From Rhodospirillaceae bacterium (GTDB lineage: Bacteria; Pseudomonadota; Alphaproteobacteria; UBA6615), in contig JAYOFO010000008.1 of NCBI GenBank assembly GCA_038117265.1, positions 287 to 64,286 on the forward strand: a DNA stretch of 64,000 nucleotides. The letters run 5' to 3'. Below are positions 1-8,729 of the stretch, in pieces. A program made the position numbers and the translations under genes. The notes beneath the pieces were generated by a model. The model was not told the DNA's origin. It made no database searches and saw nothing but the letters and a program-made list of their open reading frames with translations. Position 1 is the stretch's first letter; every line of letters starts with the position of its first letter.

Positions 1-41
1 GCTAAAGTCACGCAAACAAACGAAACATCGAACGCGAGCCG

Positions 42-560
42 ATGAAACGCCTCTTGCTGATGCGTCACGCCAAGTCCGAGTGGCGCGCCGACGACCAGGA
101 CGATATCGACCGTGCCCTGTCGAATGGCGGCCGCATGACCATGCGCCACGTCGCGGAATGGCTGGTCGCGCAAGACCTGGTTCCCGACCGGGCACTGGTC
201 TCGCAGGCCTTGCGCACGCGCCAGACCTGGGAGCATCTGCGCACGGAACTCGGCGCGGACATTCCCGCCGACATCCAAAGCGCGCTCTACCTTGCCTCGC
301 CCGGCACGCTGCTCGCCCAAATCGAGGCGCTGCCCGACGACACCGAAACCGCGATCGTCGTCGCCCACAATCCGGGCATCGAGGAACTGGCGCGCATGCT
401 CGCGGGTCCGGACCCCGACCCCGGCGCAATGCGCGACCTGCTGCGGGGCTTCCCCACCGCCGGCGTAGCGGTCTTCGAGCTGAACGGCGGGTCCTGGCAA
501 AGCCTGTCGGCTGACGGGGCGCGCCTGGTTCGATCCATGGCGCCGCGCGAGGCCGGCTGA
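42..560 (+). CDS. Histidine phosphatase superfamily protein (SixA-like phosphohistidine phosphatase)
   Basis: N-terminal LLMRHAKSEW matches the RHG-type catalytic motif of branch-1 histidine phosphatases; size ~170 aa and internal VVAHNPG motif fit SixA-like proteins. Confidence 0.65.
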   Translation: MKRLLLMRHAKSEWRADDQDDIDRALSNGGRMTMRHVAEWLVAQDLVPDRALVSQALRTRQTWEHLRTELGADIPADIQSALYLASPGTLLAQIEALPDDTETAIVVAHNPGIEELARMLAGPDPDPGAMRDLLRGFPTAGVAVFELNGGSWQSLSADGARLVRSMAPREAG

Positions 561-595
561 GCCGCCAGCGCGACACGGCGCTGTCACCCGGCCAT

Positions 596-1660
596 GTGAC
601 GCGGCGGCCCGAAACGGATATGACTCCCGCCGGTGCCAGCTGTCGGAACGGATACGCCTTGAACCGAGCCACGCCATCGCGACCGCGCGCCCGGACGAAC
701 GCCGGACAGGAAGCCGTTTCGGTGGAGCTCAGCGCCGTCATCGTGGCGGCATCCTCCAACGGGCCGCGCGTCCTGGTCCGCGAAGACGGATCTTCGCGCC
801 CCGCCGCCCTCCCCTCCGGCCCGCTCGAGTCCGAGCATCGCACCCTCGAGGCCGGGCTCCGCGCCCGGGTCAAGACACTGACCGGCGAGCGCCTCGGCTA
901 TGTCGAGCAGCTCTACACCTTCGGCGACACCAACCGGCACGCCAGCGCACGCGGGCTGCCGGTGCGCGCGCTCTCCGTCGGCTACCTCGCACTGGCACGC
1001 GAAAGCCGATCCCGGCGCGCCGAGACCGGCACATGGGCCGACTGGTACCACTACTTCCCCTGGGAGGATTGGCGCAGCGGCGAACCCGCGATCCTGGACC
1101 GCATCCGCGCGCACATCGCGGGCTGGATCGCAGAGGCGCCCCGCGACGAACGGCGCGCCCGCGAGGCACGCCTGCAACTGACCTTCGGGGCATCGGGCGA
1201 CACCTGGAACGAGGAACTCACGCTCGAGCGCTACGAGCTGCTCTACGAGATCGGTCTCGTGCCCGAGGCGCACCGCGATGGCGCGCCCTGCTGGGCCCCG
1301 CGTGAGGCCGTGATCGCGGAAGCGGACTCGCTCGAGGCCGACCATCGACGGATACTCGCCACGGGCATCTCGCGCCTGCGCGGCAAGATCAAGTATCGCC
1401 CCGTCGTGTTCGAACTGATGTCGCCGCGTTTCACCTTCCTGCAGCTCCAGCAGACGGTCGAGGCGCTCGCAGGCATCCGGCTCCACAAGCCCAACTTCCG
1501 CCGCCTGGTCCAGAACCAGGGGCTGGTCGAGGAAACCGGCGAGGTAACGCAGGAGACCGGCGGCCGACCGGCGAAACTCTACCGGTTCCGACGCAGCGTC
1601 CTGCTCGAGCGGCCGGCCAGCGGCGTGCGGGTTCCCGGCGTACGCCGGCGCGCGACCTGA
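596..1660 (+). CDS. Nudix-related transcriptional regulator (NrtR-like): degenerate Nudix domain plus C-terminal winged-helix
   Basis: Central GPLESEHRTLEAGLRARVKTLTGERL resembles a degenerate Nudix box; C-terminal PRFTFLQLQQTVEALAGIRLHKPNFRRLVQNQGLVEETGE...GGRPAKLYRF matches the NrtR-type wHTH domain; start codon uncertain. Confidence 0.5.
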   Translation: MTRRPETDMTPAGASCRNGYALNRATPSRPRARTNAGQEAVSVELSAVIVAASSNGPRVLVREDGSSRPAALPSGPLESEHRTLEAGLRARVKTLTGERLGYVEQLYTFGDTNRHASARGLPVRALSVGYLALARESRSRRAETGTWADWYHYFPWEDWRSGEPAILDRIRAHIAGWIAEAPRDERRAREARLQLTFGASGDTWNEELTLERYELLYEIGLVPEAHRDGAPCWAPREAVIAEADSLEADHRRILATGISRLRGKIKYRPVVFELMSPRFTFLQLQQTVEALAGIRLHKPNFRRLVQNQGLVEETGEVTQETGGRPAKLYRFRRSVLLERPASGVRVPGVRRRAT

Positions 1661-1765
1661 GGCTCCCGCCACGAAAACCACGGCGGACCGATTGCGCCGC
1701 CCCTGCCGGTAGGGCAACTTGCCTTTCGAACACGGGCAATCGAACCCGAGCGAGGGAGGCACTTC

Positions 1766-2782
1766 ATGCGCGCCGCAAGGCTCCACGAAACCGGCGGACC
1801 CGAGGTCCTGCAGATCGACGAGATTCCGACCCCCGAGGCGGGTCCCGGCCAGGTGCTGGTGAAGGCGCATTCGATCGGCATCGGCATCGCCGACCAGCTG
1901 GTGCGCGACGGCCGGTATCCGTGGATGCCGTCACTGCCGACGATCCCCGGCATCGAGATGAGCGGCACCGTCGCCGCGCTCGGCGCCGGCGTGACGAAGT
2001 TTCGCGAAGGCGATCCCGTCGTTGTGTCGGCCGTGCCCGAGCGAAGCTGCTATGCGGAATACCTCGCCATCGACGCCGACTGGGTCTTTCCCTGCACCCA
2101 CGGGATCGATCTCGCCGCCGCGGGCTGCCTGATGAATTACCGTGTGGGCCATCGCATCCTGCACTCGGGCGCACGCGTGCGCGCGGGCGAGACCGTTGCC
2201 ATCGTCGGCGCGGCGGGCGGCCTGGGCAGCGCGCTGCTCGACCTGGCGAGGGCGGCAGACCTGGAAACCCTCGCGCTCGCCCGCAGCCCCGAGAAGGCCG
2301 CATTCGCCCGTGCGCGGGGTGCCGACCATGTCATCGACACGTCGGCGACCGACCTCAAGGACGCGATCATGGACGTCACCGGCGGGCGCGGCGTCGACCA
2401 TTTCATCGATCCCGTGGGCGGTCCCGGGTTCGTCGGTCATCTCGACCTGCTCGCGATCCACGGCACGCTCGTGCTCTACGGCATGATCGAAGGGCTGCCG
2501 CAGGACGACATTTTCGCTGCCCAGACCCAGCGATGGGCCCGCTGTCCGGCCGTGCGCGTGTTCTCGATCCACTCCTTCGACCACGCACCCGAGGCGACTG
2601 GTCAGGACCTCGAACTGCTCATGGGCATGGCCGCGGGCGGCACCATCGACCCGGCGATATTCGCCGAAATGCCCCTTGAGGCGGCGGCCGAGGCGCACCG
2701 GCTCCTCGACGAGGGCAGAATCATGGGCAAGCTGCTGCTGCAGCCGCACCGGACAGAAGCTCGGTTCGCGAACGACGGCTGA
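1766..2782 (+). CDS. NADPH:quinone oxidoreductase / zinc-type alcohol dehydrogenase-like (MDR superfamily)
   Basis: GETVAIVGAAGGLGSALLDLA Rossmann motif, N-terminal GroES-like region, strong RBS GAGGGAGG upstream of ATG. Confidence 0.8.
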   Translation: MRAARLHETGGPEVLQIDEIPTPEAGPGQVLVKAHSIGIGIADQLVRDGRYPWMPSLPTIPGIEMSGTVAALGAGVTKFREGDPVVVSAVPERSCYAEYLAIDADWVFPCTHGIDLAAAGCLMNYRVGHRILHSGARVRAGETVAIVGAAGGLGSALLDLARAADLETLALARSPEKAAFARARGADHVIDTSATDLKDAIMDVTGGRGVDHFIDPVGGPGFVGHLDLLAIHGTLVLYGMIEGLPQDDIFAAQTQRWARCPAVRVFSIHSFDHAPEATGQDLELLMGMAAGGTIDPAIFAEMPLEAAAEAHRLLDEGRIMGKLLLQPHRTEARFANDG

Positions 2783-2786
2783 GAGC

Positions 2787-3530
2787 TCAGTTGAAGTAGA
2801 GGCCGCCGTTCATGTGGACGGTCTGGCCGGTCATGTAGGCGTTCGTGGCGAGCATGACGACGGCCGACGCCACCTCGTCGACATGGCCGGGCCGCCCGAC
2901 CGGCGGCGCGAAGGCGATCTCGGCGGGCGTGCGCGCGGTCAGCGTCATGTCGGTCTCGACGATCGTCGGCGCCACGCAGTTGGCGGTGATCCCCTCCTCC
3001 ACCAGGCGTCGGGCGTAGGCGCGCGACAGCGCCTCCATGCCGCCCTTGGAGGCGGAATAATGGATTCCGACCCGCCCGCCATTGTAGGCCGCCCCGGAGC
3101 TCACGAAGATCAGCCGGCCCCACTTGCGTTCGCGCATTCCCGGCAGCACCGCCTGCGCGCACAGGAAGGCCGTGGTGAGGTTGGCCTGGAGCGTTTCGTT
3201 GAAGTCGGCCTCGGTCGTGTCCTCGATGTCCAGCCGCCTGCCCATGCCCGCATTGGCCACCAGGATATCTATCGGCCCCAGCGCCACCTCGACCTCACCA
3301 ACCATGCGGGTGACGTCGTCGCCCACCGACACGTCACCCTGGACGACGAAGGCGCGCCCACCCGCCGCCTCGATCGCGGCGGCCGTGTCGCGCGCGGCCT
3401 GTTCGTTGGCGACATAGTTCACCGCAACGGCCGCGCCCGCCTCGGCCAGCACCCTGGAGCAGGCCGCGCCGATGCCGCGGCCGCCGCCCGTGACCAGCGC
3501 CACCCGGCCCGTCAGATCGAAAATCTTCAC
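2787..3530 (-). CDS. Short-chain dehydrogenase/reductase (SDR) family oxidoreductase
   Basis: TGGGRGIGAA cofactor motif, YSASKGG catalytic motif; start set at GTG/TTG near 3530 (VKIFDLTGRVALVTGG) rather than the long upstream ORF extension. Confidence 0.8.
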   Translation of the reverse strand: MKIFDLTGRVALVTGGGRGIGAACSRVLAEAGAAVAVNYVANEQAARDTAAAIEAAGGRAFVVQGDVSVGDDVTRMVGEVEVALGPIDILVANAGMGRRLDIEDTTEADFNETLQANLTTAFLCAQAVLPGMRERKWGRLIFVSSGAAYNGGRVGIHYSASKGGMEALSRAYARRLVEEGITANCVAPTIVETDMTLTARTPAEIAFAPPVGRPGHVDEVASAVVMLATNAYMTGQTVHMNGGLYFN

Positions 3531-3544
3531 CAACGTCTCCCGGG

Positions 3545-5077
3545 CTACATCACCGCGCCGACCTGCCACGGGATGAACTCGTTGTCGCCGAAGCCGAGCG
3601 CCTCGGACTTGGAGAGCTTCCCGCTGGCCACGTCGAGCATGTAGTCGAAGATCTCCGCGCCCACCTCCTCGATGGTCGCGTCGCCGTCGGCGATCTTGCC
3701 GGCGTTGATGTCCATGTCCTCGGACATCCGCTCGTACATCGGCGTGTTGGTCGAGAGCTTGATCGACGGCGCCGGCTTGCAGCCATAGACCGAGCCCCGG
3801 CCGGTGGTGAAACAGACGATGTTCGCGCCCGAGGCGACCTCGCCGGTGATCGAGGCCGGGTCGAAACCGGGCGAGTCCATGAACACGAAGCCTTTGGTGT
3901 CGACGGGCTCGGCATACTTGTAGACACCGGTCAGGTTGGTCGTGCCGCCCTTCGCCGCCGCGCCCAGAGACTTTTCGAGGATCGTCGTCAGGCCGCCCGC
4001 CTTGTTGCCCGGCGAGGGGTTGTTGTCCATCGAGCCGTGGTTGCGTGCGGTGTAGTCCTCCCACCACTTGATCCGATCGACCAGCTTATGCCCGACCTTC
4101 TCGTCGACCGCGCGGCGGGTCAGCAGGTGTTCGGCGCCGTAGATTTCGGGCGTTTCGGCGAGGATGCCCGTCCCGCCATTCGCGACCAGCCGGTCGACGG
4201 CATTGCCCAGCGCCGGGTTCGCGGTGATGCCCGAATAGGCGTCCGAGCCGCCGCACTGCAGCGCGACGGTGAGTTCGCTGGCCGGCACCGTCGAGCGGGT
4301 CGCGGCGTTGGCCGGCGCGAGCATCGCGGAGATGCGCTCCACTGCCTCGTCGACGGTCTTCCGCGTGCCGCCCGATTCCTGGATCGTCATGGTCTGGAAG
4401 GTGTCGTTGAGCTCGAGCCCGTAGGCGTCCAGCAGGAACGGAATCTGGTTCACCTCGCAGCCCAGCCCGACGATCAGCACGCCGGCGAAGTTCGGGTGCC
4501 GGGCATAGCCCCAAAGGGTGCGCTGCAGGTTGGCGTAGCCCTCGCCCGAATCCGCCATGCCGCAGCCCGTCGCATGCACGAAGGCCGAGACGCCGTCGAT
4601 GTTGGGATAGTCGGCGAGCTTGCCCGTGGCGTTGAACTGGTCGGCGATATAGCGCGCGACGGTCGCCGAGCAGTTCACCGAGGTCAGAATGCCGATGTAG
4701 TTGCGCGTGCCGACCGAGCCGTTCTTGCGCACAAAGCCCTCGAACGTGCGCCGTTCGGCCTCGGGCACCATGGGCGTATCACGCAGGTCGGTCGCGAACT
4801 GGTAGTCGCGCTCGACCGGCCGAAACTCGCAATTCTGCGTGTGCACATGATCGCCCGCCGCGATGTCTTGCGAGGCATAGCCGATGATCTGGTCGTACTT
4901 GATCACCGTCTCGCCCTTGGCGATCGCGCGTGTCGCGATCTTGTGCCCGCGCGGTATCGGGTCGGCGGTCGTCACCTCCTCGCCGGGGATGTCGGTGCCG
5001 GGCAGGATTTCGGCGCGGGCGACGACGACATTGTCGGCGCCGTTCAGGCGGATGGTGAGCGGTGCGGTGTCGGACAT
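3545..5077 (-). CDS. UxaA-family altronate/galactarate-type sugar acid dehydratase
   Basis: 510 aa, N-terminal SAF-like domain followed by UxaA C-terminal domain signatures (VNCSATVARYIAD, GCGMADSGEG, LQCGGSDAYSGITANP). Confidence 0.8.
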   Translation of the reverse strand: MSDTAPLTIRLNGADNVVVARAEILPGTDIPGEEVTTADPIPRGHKIATRAIAKGETVIKYDQIIGYASQDIAAGDHVHTQNCEFRPVERDYQFATDLRDTPMVPEAERRTFEGFVRKNGSVGTRNYIGILTSVNCSATVARYIADQFNATGKLADYPNIDGVSAFVHATGCGMADSGEGYANLQRTLWGYARHPNFAGVLIVGLGCEVNQIPFLLDAYGLELNDTFQTMTIQESGGTRKTVDEAVERISAMLAPANAATRSTVPASELTVALQCGGSDAYSGITANPALGNAVDRLVANGGTGILAETPEIYGAEHLLTRRAVDEKVGHKLVDRIKWWEDYTARNHGSMDNNPSPGNKAGGLTTILEKSLGAAAKGGTTNLTGVYKYAEPVDTKGFVFMDSPGFDPASITGEVASGANIVCFTTGRGSVYGCKPAPSIKLSTNTPMYERMSEDMDINAGKIADGDATIEEVGAEIFDYMLDVASGKLSKSEALGFGDNEFIPWQVGAVM

Positions 5078-5105
5078 GAATGAACTCGTCGGATAAGGGT
5101 TGTCG

Positions 5106-5957
5106 TCAGAACTTGAGGGTGGTCGTGAGATAGTCCCACGGGCTGTAGAAGCGAACCCCGTCGCGCACGGGCGGCTGCGGCGCCTGGATCTCCAGCCAGT
5201 GGACGGGCGTGCCCTTGCGCGGGAAGAAGGCGTGCTGCGCGCCGACGCCGGTCCACGCGAAGTCGCCTTCCTTCAGCACATACTCCTGACCGTCGAAGAC
5301 GATGTCGACCTCGCCGCCGAGCACGAAATACGCCTCCTCGAACGGGTGGTCGTGATGGTTGCAGATGCCACCGTCGGCGAAACTGATGACGAACATGTTA
5401 AAGTGCACGGCACCGAACACGTCGTCCATCATCATGCGTTGGGAAAACCCATCCAGGTCGGTTGTGATAGTCAAGGGCGGGGTGTGCTGCGAATAGTCGT
5501 AGTGACCCAGCATCGGATGCCGCCGGTCGGCAAGGTTGATCGGCGACCCGCCCGCCGACCAGTCGGCCGGCCCGTCGAACCAGGTGTCGCGCCAACCTCC
5601 CGGCGGCTTGGGCTGGGGCGCACACATCTCGACCCAGCGCGCGGGCGCGCGGCCCGTGCTCCGGTAGGCGTGCTCGATCCCCGTCGGAATCAGCATGAAG
5701 TCGCCTTCGACGAGGCGGTAGAGACGGCCGTCGCGGCTGACTTCGACCTCACCGGCGATCATGTAGAGCCCGGTCTCGTGGGCCTGGACGATGATCTCGG
5801 TCTCTCCGCAGGCATCCAGTTGCATGATCCCGTAGGAGATATGCACCGTCTCGTCGGCGTGCTCGACGAACGGCGCCCAGCCCAGGCCGGACGCGTAGCC
5901 GTCATATTTGGGATGCGGCGCGAACGCGCCCGCGTCGAACGTCCCGACCTTGTGCAT
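5106..5957 (-). CDS. Bicupin (double cupin domain) protein
   Basis: Two cupin-like halves with conserved His-rich beta-barrel motifs; RBS GAGGGGG before ATG at 5957; immediately upstream of the UxaA-family gene on the same strand. Confidence 0.55.
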   Translation of the reverse strand: MHKVGTFDAGAFAPHPKYDGYASGLGWAPFVEHADETVHISYGIMQLDACGETEIIVQAHETGLYMIAGEVEVSRDGRLYRLVEGDFMLIPTGIEHAYRSTGRAPARWVEMCAPQPKPPGGWRDTWFDGPADWSAGGSPINLADRRHPMLGHYDYSQHTPPLTITTDLDGFSQRMMMDDVFGAVHFNMFVISFADGGICNHHDHPFEEAYFVLGGEVDIVFDGQEYVLKEGDFAWTGVGAQHAFFPRKGTPVHWLEIQAPQPPVRDGVRFYSPWDYLTTTLKF

Positions 5958-5992
5958 TTGCCCCCTCGCCCGACGAGCCGCCACCGGCGGGT

Positions 5993-6310
5993 CTAGCGTG
6001 CCCGCGGATGTTCGGAAATCGCCTTCCTGACGTCACTCGGCTGCGCCTCGACGGCCTCGGCCAGCCGGCACAGCTGGTCGCGCAGACCATACACCTGATC
6101 CAGCAGCGAAAGAACCATCGGCACGCCTTCCTCGGCGACCGCCATGTCGCGCCGGATTTCGCTGACCAGCCGCACCCGGGCAACGTCGATTTCGCGGAAC
6201 CAGAAGTCGCCCGCGCGCCGCTCGGGCAGCACCCAGCCTTGTGCGATCCAGCGCCGAAGTTCGGCCCGGCGCACGCCGGATACCTGCAGCAGGACTTCGC
6301 GTTCGCGCAT
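5993..6310 (-). CDS. cbpM: Chaperone modulatory protein CbpM (MerR-like)
   Basis: 105 aa, MerR-like N-terminal helix, start ATG overlaps cbpA stop in a TGACCATG arrangement typical of cbpA-cbpM operons. Confidence 0.6.
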   Translation of the reverse strand: MREREVLLQVSGVRRAELRRWIAQGWVLPERRAGDFWFREIDVARVRLVSEIRRDMAVAEEGVPMVLSLLDQVYGLRDQLCRLAEAVEAQPSDVRKAISEHPRAR

Positions 6311-6312
6311 GG

Positions 6313-7233
6313 TCAGGCCTCCATTCCGGCGCGGGGATCGTAGCCGTGCTTCGCCGACCAGCCTGCGATGAAGTCCGCAAGTTCGTCGTCGGCCGCCTCG
6401 GGCAGCACGACCTTCAGCGTCACGTGCTGATCGCCGCGCACACCCGCCTTGCCGCCCGGCACGCCGCGTCCCTTGAGGCGCAAGCGGTCCCCGGAGTTGG
6501 AATTCCTGGGGACCCGCATCTCCACCGGCCCGTCGACGGTCGGCACGCGCACCTTCGCGCCAAGCACCGCCTCGTGCAGTGCGGCCGGCAGGTCGATGTG
6601 GATGTCGTTGCCGACCCGCCGGAACAGCGCATGCGGGCGTATATGGACGCTGACCAGGGCGTGACCGGCGGGCCCGCCACCGATCCCCGGCGCGCCCTTG
6701 CCGCGCAGGCGCAGAACCTGGCCGTCGCGCAGCCCGGCCGGGATCGACAGGTCCAGCGTCTTGCCGTCCGGCATGGTGATGCGCCGTTTCCCACCCTTCG
6801 CGGCATCGAGGAAGTCGACCTCGAAGCTGTAATGGATGTCTCCGCCGCGCATGCGCACCCGCCCGCCCGCGCCCTGCCCCTCGCGGCGGAAAAGGTCGGC
6901 GAACACGTCGCCGAAATCGGCGAAATTGGCATAGCCGTCGGCCGATCGATAGGGGTGGTCGGCGCCCGCCTCGGCATAGTGGCGATAGGAGGGCTGCGCG
7001 GCGCGCTCGTGGCCCTCCGCGTCGATCTCGCCGGCGTCGAAGCGCGCGCGCTTGTCCTTGTCGCCGACGATGTCGTAGGCGGCCTGCGCCTCCTTGAAGC
7101 GCTCCTCGGCCGCCGCGTCGCCCGGCTTCAGGTCGGGATGGTTCTCCGTGGCGAGCTTGCGGTACGCCTTGCGAATCTCGTCCGCCGAGGCGTCCCTGGC
7201 CACGCCAAGGACAATGTAAGGATTCCTGGCCAC
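6313..7233 (-). CDS. cbpA: Curved-DNA-binding DnaJ-like co-chaperone CbpA
   Basis: N-terminal J domain (NPYIVLGVARDASADEIRKAYRKLATENHPD), C-terminal DnaJ-type substrate-binding domains, no zinc-finger region; followed by cbpM. Confidence 0.8.
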   Translation of the reverse strand: MARNPYIVLGVARDASADEIRKAYRKLATENHPDLKPGDAAAEERFKEAQAAYDIVGDKDKRARFDAGEIDAEGHERAAQPSYRHYAEAGADHPYRSADGYANFADFGDVFADLFRREGQGAGGRVRMRGGDIHYSFEVDFLDAAKGGKRRITMPDGKTLDLSIPAGLRDGQVLRLRGKGAPGIGGGPAGHALVSVHIRPHALFRRVGNDIHIDLPAALHEAVLGAKVRVPTVDGPVEMRVPRNSNSGDRLRLKGRGVPGGKAGVRGDQHVTLKVVLPEAADDELADFIAGWSAKHGYDPRAGMEA

Positions 7234-7326
7234 GATGTCCGTCCGCTCACAACTCCACCCACCAGATGTAGTGCGTTGTTGAGACGTTTGAAGGCCTGGC
7301 CGCGATCGACGCCGACCTGGAAAGCA

Positions 7327-7350
7327 AAAGCCCGCCGGATGGCGGGCCTT
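7327..7350 (-). terminator. Rho-independent terminator downstream of tRNA-Met
   Basis: On the minus strand: GCCCGCC-ATCC-GGCGGGC hairpin followed by TTTTGCTTT. Confidence 0.55.
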
Positions 7351-7358
7351 CGAAGGGT

Positions 7359-7435
7359 TGGTAGCGGAGGAGGGACTCGAACCCCCGACACGAGGATTAT
7401 GATTCCCCTGCTCTAACCAGCTGAGCTACTCCGCC
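7359..7435 (-). tRNA. tRNA-Met (anticodon CAU; elongator or lysidine-modified Ile2 type)
   Basis: 77 nt cloverleaf read on the minus strand: GGCGGAGTAGCTCAGCTGGTTAGAGCAGGGGAATCATAATCCTCGTGTCGGGGGTTCGAGTCCCTCCTCCGCTACCA; CAT anticodon in a 7-nt loop; encoded CCA. Confidence 0.85.
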
Positions 7436-7477
7436 CCGTATCGCGGCTGGGGATATAGGTGGAGCGTTCCCCGCCTG

Positions 7478-7892
7478 TCAAGCGCGCGGCGGGTTCGTTC
7501 GCCGGGCGACGAGACGCCCGGCCCGCAGCGCCAGACGGTTCAACATCGGCTGGCCGCCGCCGGGCACCGAGACGAGTTGGCCGATCACCGGTTCCTCGAA
7601 CCCGTGGATGTCGATGGTCGCGAACTTGACAATACGCGTCTCGAAGCTTTGCACGCCTGGAATCTCGGCGATGCCGGTCGGCGACCTTCTCGGGCGCGCG
7701 CTCGACCCCGGCGAAGACATCGGCGAAGCGGTAGCGCTCGTAATAGGCCCGACCGGTCGTTTCGAGCGCGTCGATCGCGCTGAACGACATCACCAGGACC
7801 GCGACACCGGACGCAACCACGAGGGCGATCACCAGGACCTGGCCCTTCAGCCGCCACAGATTCCGAAACAGCTTGCGGTCGAGCGCCCCCAT
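7478..7892 (-). pseudogene. Remnant of an FtsX/YbbP-type ABC transporter permease (N-terminal ~140 codons, frameshifted, truncated)
   Basis: Frame A gives MGALDRKLFRNLWRLKGQVLVIALVVASGVAVLVMSFSAIDALETTGRAYYERYRFADVFAGVERAPEKVADR (typical TM1 and start of periplasmic domain). Similarity continues in another frame (IAEIPGVQSFETRIVKFATIDIHGFEEPVIGQLVSVPGGGQPMLNRLALRAGRLV) and stops at 7478, about 40 nt before the tRNA. Full-length members are 380-850 aa. Confidence 0.55.
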
Positions 7893-7897
7893 GCCCT

Positions 7898-8632
7898 TCA
7901 CCACGCCAGCTCCCGCGCCGGCCGCCGTTGGGTGTTGACCTCTTCCTTGACGATGCGCCCGTCGCCGAACGAGATCACCCGGTCCGCCATCTCGCCAATC
8001 CCCCTGTTGTGGGTGATCAGCGCCGTGGCCGTGCCGAGCTCGCGGTTGACCTGCTCGATCGCTTCGAGGACGACGATGCCCGTTGCGCTGTCGAGCGCGC
8101 CCGTGGGCTCGTCGCACAACAGGATGTCCGGCCGCTTGGCGATGGCACGGGCGATGGCGACACGCTGCTGCTCGCCTCCCGAGAGTTGGGCCGGGAAGTG
8201 GTCGAGCCGGCCCCCCAGCCCGACGATGGCAAGCGCATCGGCCGGCGGAATCGAGACCGGCGCGATCTCGGTGACGAGAGCGACGTTCTCGACCGCCGTC
8301 AGGCTCGGAATCAGATTGTAGAACTGGAAGACGAACCCCACATGGTCGCGCCGGAACCTGGTGAGCGCGGCATCGTCGCTCGCGACCAGTTCACGGCCGC
8401 GAAAGTAGACATGCCCGTCGGTCGCCTGGTCGAGCCCGCCCAGAATGTTGAGCAGCGTCGACTTGCCGCTTCCCGAGGGGCCGAGCAGGACGACGAGTTC
8501 GGATTCGCGCAAATCCAGATCGACCCCACGGAGCGCCCAGATCTCGACATCACCCGTGATGTAGGCCTTGGTCAGGCCCTGCGCCCGCAGGACGACGCTC
8601 GGCTCGGAAGCGCCATCCGGGTTCAAGGACAT
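7898..8632 (-). CDS. ABC transporter ATP-binding protein (YbbA/LolD/MacB-type ATPase)
   Basis: Walker [10 protein letters not shown], signature [14 protein letters not shown], Walker B ILLCDEPT; stop 5 nt before the permease-remnant ATG; alternative upstream start at 8716. Confidence 0.85.
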   Translation of the reverse strand: MSLNPDGASEPSVVLRAQGLTKAYITGDVEIWALRGVDLDLRESELVVLLGPSGSGKSTLLNILGGLDQATDGHVYFRGRELVASDDAALTRFRRDHVGFVFQFYNLIPSLTAVENVALVTEIAPVSIPPADALAIVGLGGRLDHFPAQLSGGEQQRVAIARAIAKRPDILLCDEPTGALDSATGIVVLEAIEQVNRELGTATALITHNRGIGEMADRVISFGDGRIVKEEVNTQRRPARELAW

Positions 8633-8729
8633 TTCGGTCTCGATTGCACCGTTGCACCGCCTTTGCGGTTCGGCCCCACCGTCGACAACGATATGCCGCA
8701 GCCCGCGCCGCGACATTGACCCAGGTCAT

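Noticed and set aside
584-1870. 428-aa minus-strand ORF overlapping the NrtR-like gene
   Set aside because: Antisense shadow ORF typical of high-GC DNA; low-complexity Ala/Arg/Gly-rich translation with no domain signal, whereas the plus-strand frame carries recognisable Nudix and wHTH motifs.
7413-8117. 234-aa ORF called as a single gene
   Set aside because: Composite: its 5' 75 codons are antisense/out-of-frame over the ATPase gene and its 3' part is frameshifted garbage; only the segment 7892-7735 in this frame is genuine permease sequence.
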